Shown one piece after another: positions 1 through 8,320 of a stretch of DNA of 56,064 nt (position 1 is the stretch's first letter; each line of letters opens with the position of its first letter). The position numbers and the translations under genes were made by a program. The notes beneath the pieces are model-generated. The model was not told the DNA's origin. It searched no databases and saw only the letters and a program-made list of their open reading frames with translations. The stretch comes from Bacillota bacterium (GTDB taxonomy: Bacteria > Bacillota > Limnochordia > Darwinibacteriales > Darwinibacteriaceae). The stretch spans positions 1 through 56,064 of the forward strand of contig JAAYMI010000109.1 of the NCBI GenBank assembly GCA_012521465.1, written 5' to 3'.

Positions 1-46
1 ACACGATTTCCAGTCGTGCCTGTTCAGCCAACTCCAGCATCTCTCC
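1..46 (-). tRNA. tRNA-Ser(GGA), 5' portion only (cut by window edge)
   Basis: The reverse complement of 1-46 reads GGAGAGATGCTGGAGTTGGCTGAACAGGCACGACTGGAAATCGTGT. This gives an acceptor 5' arm, a D-arm and a perfect anticodon stem CACGA/TCGTG around loop CTGGAAA (anticodon GGA). The rest lies outside the window. Confidence 0.6.
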
Positions 47-61
47 ACGTTTTATCCTTGA

Positions 62-151
62 TGGCGGAGAGGGTGGGATTTGAACCCACGGGACACTTGC
101 GTGCCCAACGGTTTTCGAGACCGCCACAATCGGCCACTCTGTCACCTCTCC
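62..151 (-). tRNA. tRNA-Ser(CGA), class II with long variable arm, encoded CCA
   Basis: The reverse complement is GGAGAGGTGACAGAGTGGCCGATTGTGGCGGTCTCGAAAACCGTTGGGCACGCAAGTGTCCCGTGGGTTCAAATCCCACCCTCTCCGCCA. It has acceptor GGAGAGG/CCTCTCC, anticodon stem GCGGT/ACCGT, loop CTCGAAA (anticodon CGA) and T-arm GTGGG-TTCAAAT-CCCAC. Confidence 0.85.
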
Positions 152-163
152 AAGCTTATTGAC

Positions 164-631
164 CTATTTTCGCCGCAGCTGTTTGAAAAAGCCGCGCAGC
201 AGCTGGGCGCATTCTGCTTCTCTAATTCCAGCAATTACTTCTGCTACCGTATGGTTCAAGCGCTGATCTTGGACAATATTCATAAGCGACGATACTGCGC
301 CCGCTTTCGGATCATTTGCTCCGTACACGAGGGTGGAGATGCGGGCGTTAACAATGGCACCTGCACACATAGGGCACGGTTCTAGGGTCACATAGAGGGC
401 TGCTCCCGTGAGACGCCACGAACCAAGCGATTGAGCCGCTTGCCGGATTGCGATCATCTCAGCGTGAGCAGTGGGATCGCCGAGCGTCTCCCGCTGATTG
501 TACCCACGTCCAATGATCTTGCCATTGTATACCACAACTGCTCCGATGGGAACTTCGTCGATTAGGAGGGCTTTATGCGCTTCTTCAATGGCTTCCTGCA
601 TGTAGCTGCTGTGCACGGCGCATCTCTCCAT
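164..631 (-). CDS. tadA: tRNA-specific adenosine deaminase (CMP/dCMP deaminase zinc-binding fold)
   Basis: It carries the HAEMIAI and LEPCPMCAGAI (H-A-E ... P-C-x-x-C) zinc motifs. The start is uncertain: I chose the ATG at 631 (MERCAVHSSYMQEAI), while the track ORF extends to a TTG at 682. Confidence 0.85.
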   Translation of the reverse strand: MERCAVHSSYMQEAIEEAHKALLIDEVPIGAVVVYNGKIIGRGYNQRETLGDPTAHAEMIAIRQAAQSLGSWRLTGAALYVTLEPCPMCAGAIVNARISTLVYGANDPKAGAVSSLMNIVQDQRLNHTVAEVIAGIREAECAQLLRGFFKQLRRK

Positions 632-691
632 CGCTTGCCATGTTTTAATATACCACAGCTTGCCTCCAAAAACAAGAATCAATCGGTGATT

Positions 692-862
692 TTATCTGCT
701 GGACTGCTTGGAACGTTCTGACTGCAGAAACCGCTCGAGTCCGTAGTCCAGCTTGCGGTTAGCCTTAAAGCACAGCACTCCGCCATTGTTCAGTCCGCCG
801 CAGTGCTGACAGGTCAAACACAGGCTGGGCCGAAAGGCCACCCCTTTCAAAGGACACTTCAC
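692..862 (-). CDS. small Cys-rich hypothetical protein (56 aa, GTG start), not in the ORF track
   Basis: An AGGAGG sits 8 nt upstream of a GTG at 862. The translation is VKCPLKGVAFRPSLCLTCQHCGGLNNGGVLCFKANRKLDYGLERFLQSERSKQSSR, with a C-x2-C-x2-C-x9-C pattern. The ORF ends 10 nt before the tadA ORF. I recognise no family. Confidence 0.45.
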   Translation of the reverse strand: MKCPLKGVAFRPSLCLTCQHCGGLNNGGVLCFKANRKLDYGLERFLQSERSKQSSR

Positions 863-945
863 GGTTCACACCTCCTGGCTACATTGTTACTGATTATAGC
901 CACAGAAGATGCCTTTTTTCAATTATTAGGTAGTAAACTAATAGT

Positions 946-969
946 AAAACCCCGCCGAGGCGGGGTTTT
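946..969. terminator. rho-independent terminator hairpin (bidirectional shape)
   Basis: AAAACCCCGC-CGAG-GCGGGGTTTT lies immediately downstream of the minus-strand SASP gene. Confidence 0.7.
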
Positions 970-991
970 CGAAGCGTTTAGCTGGTGGTTG

Positions 992-1252
992 CTACTGCGG
1001 CGGAGTAGGCGGCTGCGGTTGGGCGGCAAAGCCACCCTGCTGCTCCATAAGTGATTGCTCGGCAGCGGCAATCATCTTGCGCACCATGTGACCGCCGACG
1101 GCACCACACTCACGGGAGGAGATATTCCCCCAATAGCCAGTTTGGTATTCCGGGTTAATCCCCAGTTCGCTCGCGACTTCGTACTTGAAAGCGTCCATGG
1201 CCTGTGCGGCCTGCGGTATCATGATGCGGTTCTTTTTGCGTCCGCGCGCCAT
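992..1252 (-). CDS. alpha/beta-type small acid-soluble spore protein
   Basis: It has the MDAFKYEVASELGI ... GNISSRECGAVGGHMVRKMI signature of alpha/beta SASPs, and a GGAGGTGA RBS upstream of the ATG at 1252. Confidence 0.9.
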   Translation of the reverse strand: MARGRKKNRIMIPQAAQAMDAFKYEVASELGINPEYQTGYWGNISSRECGAVGGHMVRKMIAAAEQSLMEQQGGFAAQPQPPTPPQ

Positions 1253-1327
1253 CAGTCGTCACCTCCCCCCAAGGCTTCACTTGTAGCATACCCAGGGGAA
1301 AGGCCCTCTAGCATGGCAAATACAAGC

Positions 1328-1348
1328 AGAGGGCCAAAAAGGCCCTCT
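1328..1348 (-). terminator. putative terminator hairpin downstream of the second SASP gene
   Basis: The hairpin is AGAGGGCC-AAAAA-GGCCCTCT. A third arm copy (GGCCCTCT) about 30 nt away allows an alternative pairing. The T-tract is weak. Confidence 0.45.
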
Positions 1349-1384
1349 ACCGATCTATTCCGTTATTCAGTTTCAGCTATTCAG

Positions 1385-1654
1385 TTATCCCTGTGGTGTA
1401 TTCGGCTCCTGTGGGAAGCGGAAACCGCCAGCTTGGCCTTGGCCAATCAGCGACTGCTGGGCAGCGGCAATCATCCGCCGTACCATATGTCCGCCCACAG
1501 CACCACATTCTCGGGAAGAGATGTTGCCCCAATAACCTGACTTATACTCGGGGTTGATCCCAAGCTCCGTGGCAACTTCGTACTTGAACTGATTCATTGC
1601 CTGATACGCCTGGGGTATGACTTTAATGTTGCTGCCTGAAGATCCTTGTGCCAT
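1385..1654 (-). CDS. alpha/beta-type small acid-soluble spore protein (paralogue)
   Basis: It has the MNQFKYEVATELGI ... GNISSRECGAVGGHMVRRMI signature. I chose the ATG at 1654 (MAQGSSGS), which is preceded by GGGGGTGA; the track ORF starts further upstream. Confidence 0.9.
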   Translation of the reverse strand: MAQGSSGSNIKVIPQAYQAMNQFKYEVATELGINPEYKSGYWGNISSRECGAVGGHMVRRMIAAAQQSLIGQGQAGGFRFPQEPNTPQG

Positions 1655-1758
1655 TCTCCATTTCACCCCCTTTTCGCCCTGCAAGCTTAATGTTCCCCGT
1701 TCCTGGGGATCTACGCAGGTAGACTGTTGGGTGAAATGGAAACTGCTACGCTATGTTT

Positions 1759-1944
1759 TTAGTCCAAGCTGATAGCGCTAGTTGGACAGGACTCCGCTGC
1801 TTCCTCGCAGCATCCTGCAGCTTCACAACCGCCGGCATCGATTACATGGGCCAGCCCATCATCGCCCATTTCGAAAACTTCTGGACAGATCTCCGAGCAC
1901 AGGCCGCAGCCAATGCACAGATCAGGATCAACTTTTGGAGTCAA
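1759..1944 (-). CDS. small [4Fe-4S] ferredoxin (61 aa)
   Basis: It has a CIGCGLCSEICP (CxxCxxCxxxCP) motif plus a distal Cys-Pro. The TTG start is preceded by GAGGAGG and lies 17 nt downstream of the rubredoxin stop. Confidence 0.85.
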   Translation of the reverse strand: MTPKVDPDLCIGCGLCSEICPEVFEMGDDGLAHVIDAGGCEAAGCCEEAAESCPTSAISLD

Positions 1945-1961
1945 TGCTGTGCCTCCTCACA

Positions 1962-2123
1962 TTAAGCTAATTCTTCGAACATGTCTTTGCCGACGCCGCA
2001 GTCCGGACATACCCAGTCATCGGGCAGATCTTCAAAGGCTGTTCCAGGGTCGATTCCCTGGGTTGGATCCCCCTCTGCTGGATCATAAATGTACCCGCAT
2101 ACTGTGCATTCCCACTTTGTCAT
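1962..2123 (-). CDS. rubredoxin (53 aa), absent from the ORF track because it is under 60 aa
   Basis: The translation is [53 protein letters not shown]. It has the two CxxCG knuckles and the DDWVCP motif typical of rubredoxin, with an AGAGGTGA RBS upstream. Confidence 0.9.
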   Translation of the reverse strand: MTKWECTVCGYIYDPAEGDPTQGIDPGTAFEDLPDDWVCPDCGVGKDMFEELA

Positions 2124-2164
2124 GCAATCACCTCTTAGTCTAGAAGTTTTTGTATGGCCCTACA

Positions 2165-2653
2165 CTACATCCCAGAGCGCAAATGGGACGGAACAGATAT
2201 TCCGTATGATTGGTACATGGCTTCCAGCACAAGGGGAGTTAAGTTGACACCACCAGCAATTACTATGCCTTCGGGCACCACTACATCAATCCCATGCGCC
2301 CCCGCGACCTCTGCAATAACCTCTTGCACAGCTGTGACAATGAACAGCCGCAGTTCCTCCGCGATGCGCTCCAACTGCGCTTCATACTTGGCGGCTAGCT
2401 CGTCCAAATTGGCGTCTTCGCCGAGGGCTCCAGCTTCCGCCTGAAACTCGGCCGTGAGTTGCTCAGCAGCCCGCTGCAGTTCCTCGTTTTTCATTTCGTA
2501 TTCAGGATGATTATTGAATAAGAACTCAAAGTCCACGTAACCTACTGTGCCAGCCAAAACCGGCTGCGCCACCAGGCTTCCGAGCAAAACCAGCGTTAGT
2601 CCAAATAGAATAGCGACGCGTCTCAACCTATACACTCCTTCGTATTTGTTCAT
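2165..2653 (-). CDS. OmpH/Skp-like periplasmic-chaperone family protein with signal peptide
   Basis: An N-terminal hydrophobic signal (LFGLTLVLLGSLVAQPVLAG) is followed by VGYVDFEFLF and a long Glu/Ala/Leu-rich coiled-coil region, as in OmpH family proteins. Confidence 0.6.
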   Translation of the reverse strand: MNKYEGVYRLRRVAILFGLTLVLLGSLVAQPVLAGTVGYVDFEFLFNNHPEYEMKNEELQRAAEQLTAEFQAEAGALGEDANLDELAAKYEAQLERIAEELRLFIVTAVQEVIAEVAGAHGIDVVVPEGIVIAGGVNLTPLVLEAMYQSYGISVPSHLRSGM

Positions 2654-2713
2654 GACTACCTACCCGGTTATATAATTCCTTCCCTGGCAAGCGATTCCGG
2701 GGGTAAGTGAGCA

Positions 2714-3145
2714 CTAGTCGGCTTCGGAAGCTGATGTCAGCGCTTTTTCCTGCTCAGTCAGGCGCGCAATAGTTATGCGGCCGAGTACACCCATGAGCGC
2801 GGTCTGGGCTTCCTGCCACACTGAGTGCAGGGGACAGCGGCCCAGCCGTGAGCAGCCCAGTTCGTTCGTGAGGCAGCGTGAAATGGCCACTCTGCCCTCG
2901 ATGAGTTCGATAACATCTTTCACTGAAATGGAGTTCGGATCAACGAGCAACCGCACACCGCCACCGGGGCCGCGCACACCTTCAACCCATCCCTCAGTGC
3001 CAAGCAGTGCTATGATTTGCGGCAGGAAATTCACTGGAATCTCTTGTCTATGTGCTATTTCCTTTGAGGAGATATATTCGCCAGGATTCTGCGCAAGCTC
3101 GATAAGGGCGCTGATGGCGTACTCAGTCTTCTTTGTGATTTCCAC
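2714..3145 (-). CDS. Rrf2 family transcriptional regulator
   Basis: The N-terminal winged helix (KTEYAISALIELA ... ISSKEIAHRQEIPVNFLPQIIALL) and the Cys cluster CLTNELGCSRLGRCPLH are typical of cluster-binding Rrf2 proteins. Confidence 0.85.
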   Translation of the reverse strand: MEITKKTEYAISALIELAQNPGEYISSKEIAHRQEIPVNFLPQIIALLGTEGWVEGVRGPGGGVRLLVDPNSISVKDVIELIEGRVAISRCLTNELGCSRLGRCPLHSVWQEAQTALMGVLGRITIARLTEQEKALTSASEAD

Positions 3146-3177
3146 CCTATCACCTCAGTATATAACACCTACTAAAA

Positions 3178-3207
3178 ATTATACGCCTCCTTTGTAATGG
3201 TTGTCAA
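3178..3207 (-). promoter_or_regulatory. near-consensus sigma-A-type promoter for the Rrf2 gene
   Basis: The minus strand reads TTGACA-18 nt-TATAAT, about 30 nt upstream of the GTG start at 3145. Confidence 0.5.
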
Positions 3208-3242
3208 GGAATGGAAATCTCGCTGTGATGGGCGCGCTTGGC

Positions 3243-3271
3243 TTGAGGCACGTTCCCAACTCTGATACAAT
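3243..3271 (+). promoter_or_regulatory. putative promoter of ppx
   Basis: TTGAGG-17 nt-TACAAT lies about 30 nt upstream of the TTG start at 3302. Confidence 0.4.
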
Positions 3272-3301
3272 GAAATTGCGGGAAGAGAGGGGAGAAAGCA
3301 G

Positions 3302-4807
3302 TTGAAACGGCTGGGAATTATTGATGTCGGATCAAATTCAGTGCGCTTGATCATCATGGATGTCGATGGCACTAACGCCCATCACCAGATCGAGAACATT
3401 AAAGAGACAGTGCGCCTCAGCAGCGGCCTTGATGAACAGGGCAATCTCAACGAAGAAGCCGTCAAGCATGCCATTGAAACCGTGGCTTTGTTCGTCAGGT
3501 TCTGTCAGGCCCGCAAAGTTGACAGGATCTTGGCTGTGGCAACAGCCGCCGTGCGCAACGCTCCAAATGGTCCAGAGCTGGTCGACCGCGTTCATGCCCG
3601 CACCGGCGTAAAGCTCCAGGTGCTGTCGGGTGAAGAAGAGGCCTATCTAGGCTATATCGGGCTGGTCAACTCCACCCCCCTCACAAGCGGCCTCGTGGCA
3701 GATTTCGGTGGCGGTTCCATAAAGCTTGCTGCCTTCCAGGACCGCCTCAGCAAGGGAGCGATCGTTTACGAATTCGGTGTGGTTACCTTAGCCGAACGGT
3801 TTGCCCTTCAGGACCGCCCTGCTCCCGCGGACCTGCAAGCTATGGAGGAATTCCTGGCGGAGCAGTTTCAGCGCATACGACAGATTGCGCCCGAACCGCC
3901 GCTCGTTGGCATAGGCGGCACCTTCCGCTCCATCGCGCGGATTTTTCGGCGGCGGACCCATTACCTACCGGACATTACCGATGGCATCGAAATCCCCTAC
4001 CAAGAAGTCAAAGCCATCTATGAAACACTAGCCGGCATGAGCCACAGCGAACGCCTGCAGGTCCCTGGATTGGAACCTGCCCGGGCGGACCTAATCGTAG
4101 CAGGCAGCGGCATGATTGCTAAGCTGATGGAGAGCATCGATGCGGACAAAGTAGTGGTAAGTACAGCCAGCATTAGGGACGGCATCTTCTACAAATACCT
4201 GTTGCCCCGGGATCCTATCCTGTACAACGTATTGTCCCATCACCTGGATAACCTTATCCGCTATCACCGCCTTGATGAGGATCATTCTCGGCGAGTGTCT
4301 AATCTAGCGCTGGCTCTGTACGACCAACTGCAAACGGTACACGGCATGGGCAGCTCCGCGCGGCGCCTGCTTCTAATTGCCAGTGTGCTCCACGAGATTG
4401 GGCAGGTTATCTCCGTGGAAAGCTTGGAGAAGCACACCCTCTACATGATGCTCAACACGCCGTTTAGCGGCCTCACCCAGCGGGAGCGAGTTATGGCTGC
4501 GTACCTTGCGGCGTCCCATGACGAAATCTACCTTCCTGACCTAGATGACTTCATTTCTCGAGGTCCTCTCCAGCCTGAAGACCGAGCGATTATCGTCAAG
4601 CTGATCCCGATCCTCCAGATTATCCACAGCTTGGATCGGTCCCACACTGGTGTGGTAACGCAGGTCCAGACCCAGCTCAGAGAAGGAGCCTGCGAGATTT
4701 TGGTGATCAGCAAGGCTAACGCCGATCTGGAGATTAAGGACGCACGGCGGCGAGCTCCCGAGTTCAGGCGCATCTATGGCAGGGAGCTTCTCGTAAACCC
4801 GCGATAA
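3302..4807 (+). CDS. ppx: Ppx/GppA family exopolyphosphatase with C-terminal HD-like domain
   Basis: The N-terminus IIDVGSNSVRLIIMDV and the ADFGGGS motif fit the ASKHA-fold Ppx/GppA family. The length is 501 aa. Confidence 0.85.
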   Translation: MKRLGIIDVGSNSVRLIIMDVDGTNAHHQIENIKETVRLSSGLDEQGNLNEEAVKHAIETVALFVRFCQARKVDRILAVATAAVRNAPNGPELVDRVHARTGVKLQVLSGEEEAYLGYIGLVNSTPLTSGLVADFGGGSIKLAAFQDRLSKGAIVYEFGVVTLAERFALQDRPAPADLQAMEEFLAEQFQRIRQIAPEPPLVGIGGTFRSIARIFRRRTHYLPDITDGIEIPYQEVKAIYETLAGMSHSERLQVPGLEPARADLIVAGSGMIAKLMESIDADKVVVSTASIRDGIFYKYLLPRDPILYNVLSHHLDNLIRYHRLDEDHSRRVSNLALALYDQLQTVHGMGSSARRLLLIASVLHEIGQVISVESLEKHTLYMMLNTPFSGLTQRERVMAAYLAASHDEIYLPDLDDFISRGPLQPEDRAIIVKLIPILQIIHSLDRSHTGVVTQVQTQLREGACEILVISKANADLEIKDARRRAPEFRRIYGRELLVNPR

Positions 4808-4814
4808 TGTGCAG

Positions 4815-4840
4815 AAAAACCTGGCCGGGCCAGGTTTTTT
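4815..4840. terminator. bidirectional terminator between convergent ppx and the flavodiiron gene
   Basis: The sequence is AAAAACCTGGCC-GG-GCCAGGTTTTTT. Confidence 0.75.
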
Positions 4841-4853
4841 GCTTGTCTGTATA

Positions 4854-6035
4854 TTACTGCAGCCCCTGTGCCATGAATCTTCCTAGATTCAGGCAGCGCT
4901 CTTCATCGGCTGGGGTCAAGCCAAACCGCACCTTAACAGGAGGATGGGACACCACCAAGCGCATCTTTTCCAAGCGCTCTTCCAAGAGTTCCACCGCCTC
5001 GCCGCTCCAACCATAGTTGCCAAACACCGCCGCCGCTTTGCCCCGTGCAGTAATCGCACTGACTCTGTCCAGCGCCCGCCACACTGGTGCAACGACGTTG
5101 GCATTGATGGTCGGCGAACCGATGATCAGGGCATCAAAGTCGCTGAACAGCTCTTCTAAGTGGCGCTCGGGAGCCACAGCCACATCGACCAGGGCCATTT
5201 CCACATTGCCCACTTCCTCAACCCCTTGGGCAATAAGCTCGGCCATTTTCTTCGTATGACCGTAGGCGGAAGCATACCCAATGATCACCTTTTTCACCTT
5301 TGCCTGGGGCTCACTGCTCCAGCTGCGGTAGAGGTCCACGATCCGCCACGGGTCTTTGTCTAGGATAGGCCCATGTCCGGTGGCGATCAACTCAATCTCG
5401 AGCGGAGCGATCTTGGCCACCGCTTCCCGGATCTTTGGCTTAAAGGGACTCATGATGCTGTCAAAGTAATACTTGGTCGCCTCCGTAATGTCTTCCAGCT
5501 GTTCGCTTTCGAAAAGCTTGCCGTGGGGTGGGCTGTAGTGGCTGCCGAAAGCGTCGCACGTAAACAGCACACCTTCTCCCTCAAGATAGGTGAACATGGT
5601 ATCAGGCCAGTGCAGGAACGGTGCCATGATAAACCGCAGGCGGCGGCTGCCAAGATCCAAAACGTCGTTGTCGCCCACCACATGTGCATCAAAATCACTG
5701 TTGACCTGTTCCCGCAAAAACTGGATTGCGGCCCGGGAGCCGTGCACCTTGAGGTGCGGCGCCCTCCGCAGAAGCTCTGGGGCAGCACCGGAATGATCAG
5801 GCTCCGTGTGATTGACGATCAGGTGCTTGAGCTCGCCCAGATCGATACGGGCCTCCAGCTTCTCCAAGAACTCCTCAGTGAAATTCCCCTTGACAGTATC
5901 AACTAGTGCCGGTTCATCGGCGTCGATTAAATAGGCGTTGTAGGTTGTGCCCCACTGCGTGGGGATTACGATATCAAAAATCTCCAGATCTGGGTCAAAC
6001 ACACCAACCCAGTGGATGCCTTGGCGGACTTCCAT
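4854..6035 (-). CDS. flavodiiron protein (A-type flavoprotein; metallo-beta-lactamase-like plus flavodoxin domains)
   Basis: It has the di-iron motif HTEPDHSGA and a C-terminal flavodoxin segment VIIGYASAYGHTKKMAE. I chose the ATG at 6035 (MEVRQGIHWVG), which is preceded by AGGGGGGA. Confidence 0.85.
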   Translation of the reverse strand: MEVRQGIHWVGVFDPDLEIFDIVIPTQWGTTYNAYLIDADEPALVDTVKGNFTEEFLEKLEARIDLGELKHLIVNHTEPDHSGAAPELLRRAPHLKVHGSRAAIQFLREQVNSDFDAHVVGDNDVLDLGSRRLRFIMAPFLHWPDTMFTYLEGEGVLFTCDAFGSHYSPPHGKLFESEQLEDITEATKYYFDSIMSPFKPKIREAVAKIAPLEIELIATGHGPILDKDPWRIVDLYRSWSSEPQAKVKKVIIGYASAYGHTKKMAELIAQGVEEVGNVEMALVDVAVAPERHLEELFSDFDALIIGSPTINANVVAPVWRALDRVSAITARGKAAAVFGNYGWSGEAVELLEERLEKMRLVVSHPPVKVRFGLTPADEERCLNLGRFMAQGLQ

Positions 6036-6111
6036 ATATTCATCCCCCCTGATATTGATAACTATTCTCATATACTATTATGGGGGTGAATGGGCGTTTT
6101 TGCAAGAGTTT

Positions 6112-6576
6112 CTATTCCCAAAGGCACCTTTCAACCAAAATTTTCGCCACCTCGGTCAGTCCATCGGCATCAGCACTGTCAAATCGAGCCAATTCCGGGC
6201 TATCGATATCCAACACCCCGATCAACCTGCCGGCATATTCTAAAGGCACCACAACCTCCGACCGAGAAGCGGGATCGCACACGATATGGCCGGCAAACTC
6301 GTGCACATCTGGCACCACGTGAGCTTTGCGGTGCAGAGCAGTTTGACCGCACACACCTTTCCCCATGGCAATGCGGATGCACGCCGGTTTACCCTGGAAT
6401 GGCCCCAGAACCAGTTCATCGCCTTTCAAGAGATAAAAACCTACCCAGTTGATGCGGGGCAGCTCCTGATACAAAAGAGCTGCCGTATTGGCGAGATTTG
6501 CCAGCCAGTCCCGCTCTTCACCAATCAAAGCCTCCAGCTTGGCACAGAGTTCCCTGTAGAAAACCGCTTTCTCCAT
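6112..6576 (-). CDS. msrC: GAF-domain free methionine-(R)-sulfoxide reductase
   Basis: It matches E. coli YebR/MsrC along its whole length as I remember that sequence: NWVGFYLL..LVLGPFQGKPACIRI..GKGVCG ... GHIVCDPASRSEVVVPL ... IGVLDIDS. Confidence 0.8.
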   Translation of the reverse strand: MEKAVFYRELCAKLEALIGEERDWLANLANTAALLYQELPRINWVGFYLLKGDELVLGPFQGKPACIRIAMGKGVCGQTALHRKAHVVPDVHEFAGHIVCDPASRSEVVVPLEYAGRLIGVLDIDSPELARFDSADADGLTEVAKILVERCLWE

Positions 6577-6633
6577 CTCATACCCTCCCACTCACTTTTA
6601 GCCTAATGGGATTATATCCCAAATAGGCAGGAA

Positions 6634-6651
6634 GCGCCAGATACCTGGCGC
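6634..6651 (-). terminator. hairpin downstream of the phosphorylase gene
   Basis: The hairpin is GCGCCAG-ATAC-CTGGCGC. The U-tract is poor. Confidence 0.35.
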
Positions 6652-6655
6652 CCCT

Positions 6656-8320
6656 TTATTGAACTGCCTTCTTCTGCATGATCTCGTGTTTCAACAGGCG
6701 CAGAGTGGTTGAGGGCCGATAGAGCAGATTGTAATACTCCGTGAGCATGCGCTTGGTAGAAAAGCGGTGCATGGCCGTGGCGATGCTGGCCCGCATCATT
6801 TCCTGCCATTTATCACGGTTTTCATAGTAGGTGGGGATGACCTCAGTGATGAGCACTTCATAGAGGGAGGCTGCATCCACCAAGGTCTGCTCGGGCCCTT
6901 CGTATCCGCCCCCAAACTGCCAGCCGTTTACACCGTGAATGACCGCTTCCGGCCACCAGCCGTCCAAGGTGCTTAAGTGGAGCACCCCGTTGAGGGCAGC
7001 CTTCATGCCCGATGTTGCCGAGGCTTCCAGGGGACGCTGGGGTGTGTTCAGCCACACATCGCAGCCTGCGGTAAGGATGCGGCCTAACTCCATATCATAG
7101 TTTTCCAAGAACACTACGCTTTCCGGGAAGCGGTAAGCCATTTCCACGATGTTGGCCACAATCCGTTTACCCCAATCGTCCTCAGGATGGGCCTTGCCCG
7201 AAAAGACCAGCTGGAGTGTGCGTTCCTTGAGCAGTGGCTCGATCACATCAAGACGGCTGAAGATCAAACCGCTCCGCTTGTACACCGCTGCCCGCCGTGC
7301 AAATCCGATGGTGAGTGTATCCAGGTCAAACTTAACCCCGGTGCGGTTGGCGATCACATCGAGGAGTTTGCGCTTATTCTGGAGGTGCGGTTTCCAGAGA
7401 TTGCCGTTGACATTATACGTCTGCCTGATCTGGGGGCTTTGCCAGGTTTCAACGTGCACACCATTGGTCACACTGATAATAGGTGCAGTCCCGGGATTCC
7501 CCCGCCACATGGAACGGGCTGTCATCCCGTGGAGCTGCGACACGCCATTCGCGATATAGCTCAGCCGCAGTCCAGCAACTGTCATGTTGAAGGGGTTTCC
7601 CCCGATTTTCTCGACCTGGTCGTATTCCAAGCCGCACCAGGCACCCATGTGGTTAAGGAGCCCATGGTCGTGCTCTTCATTGCCAGCCATGACCGGAGTA
7701 TGGGTGGTAAAAACAATCTGCTGTCTCGTTTCTTCCCAAGCACGTTCAAAGTCAGCACCCTGAGCCATCTTTTCCCGGATCAACTCCAGGCCCGCAAAGA
7801 CGGCATGCCCTTCGTTGAGGTGGAAAATGTCAATCTCGATCCCAAGTTTCCTTACAAGCCGAACGCCACCAATGCCTAGGATCATCTCTGCCGCGACCCG
7901 TTCTTGTGGTTCGCCGCAGTATAGCTGCCGTGTCATCCAACCGTTTTGCGTTCCAGGCAGATCGGCGTCGAGCAGATAGAGAGGGGCATTCCCAAAGGCT
8001 TCTGTCTTCCACACTTTACAGGTTACGTTCTCACCCCGAATCCAAAGGTCGACGGTGATCCCTGTATCCTCCAAATGGCTCCGATCATAGTCCTGCGGAC
8101 AGTCCCGGGGAAAGCCGTTTTTGTCCAGATATTGATCAGTGTGGCCTTCCCGCCAGAGAATGCCAATACCGATCATGGGCAGATTAAGGTCCTTGGCCGT
8201 CTTAAGAATATCTCCGGCCAGTACCCCCAAGCCGCCTGAGTAGATGGGGAAGCTTTCGCTCAGTCCATATTCCATGCAAAAAAAAGCAACTTTTGGTTCG
8301 GGAATTGCTTTCACGTTCAT
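6656..8320 (-). CDS. glgP: alpha-glucan phosphorylase, short GT35 type
   Basis: The N-terminus reads FFCMEYGL..GGLGVLAGD, and the PLP-lysine motif is LEASATSGMKAALNG. The ATG at 8320 overlaps the upstream stop (TGATG). Confidence 0.85.
   Translation of the reverse strand: MNVKAIPEPKVAFFCMEYGLSESFPIYSGGLGVLAGDILKTAKDLNLPMIGIGILWREGHTDQYLDKNGFPRDCPQDYDRSHLEDTGITVDLWIRGENVTCKVWKTEAFGNAPLYLLDADLPGTQNGWMTRQLYCGEPQERVAAEMILGIGGVRLVRKLGIEIDIFHLNEGHAVFAGLELIREKMAQGADFERAWEETRQQIVFTTHTPVMAGNEEHDHGLLNHMGAWCGLEYDQVEKIGGNPFNMTVAGLRLSYIANGVSQLHGMTARSMWRGNPGTAPIISVTNGVHVETWQSPQIRQTYNVNGNLWKPHLQNKRKLLDVIANRTGVKFDLDTLTIGFARRAAVYKRSGLIFSRLDVIEPLLKERTLQLVFSGKAHPEDDWGKRIVANIVEMAYRFPESVVFLENYDMELGRILTAGCDVWLNTPQRPLEASATSGMKAALNGVLHLSTLDGWWPEAVIHGVNGWQFGGGYEGPEQTLVDAASLYEVLITEVIPTYYENRDKWQEMMRASIATAMHRFSTKRMLTEYYNLLYRPSTTLRLLKHEIMQKKAVQ

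Noticed and set aside
80-385. A 101-aa plus-strand ORF spanning the tRNA-Ser gene and the 3' end of tadA.
   Set aside because: It overlaps a well-folded tRNA and is antisense to tadA, with no RBS. It is spurious.
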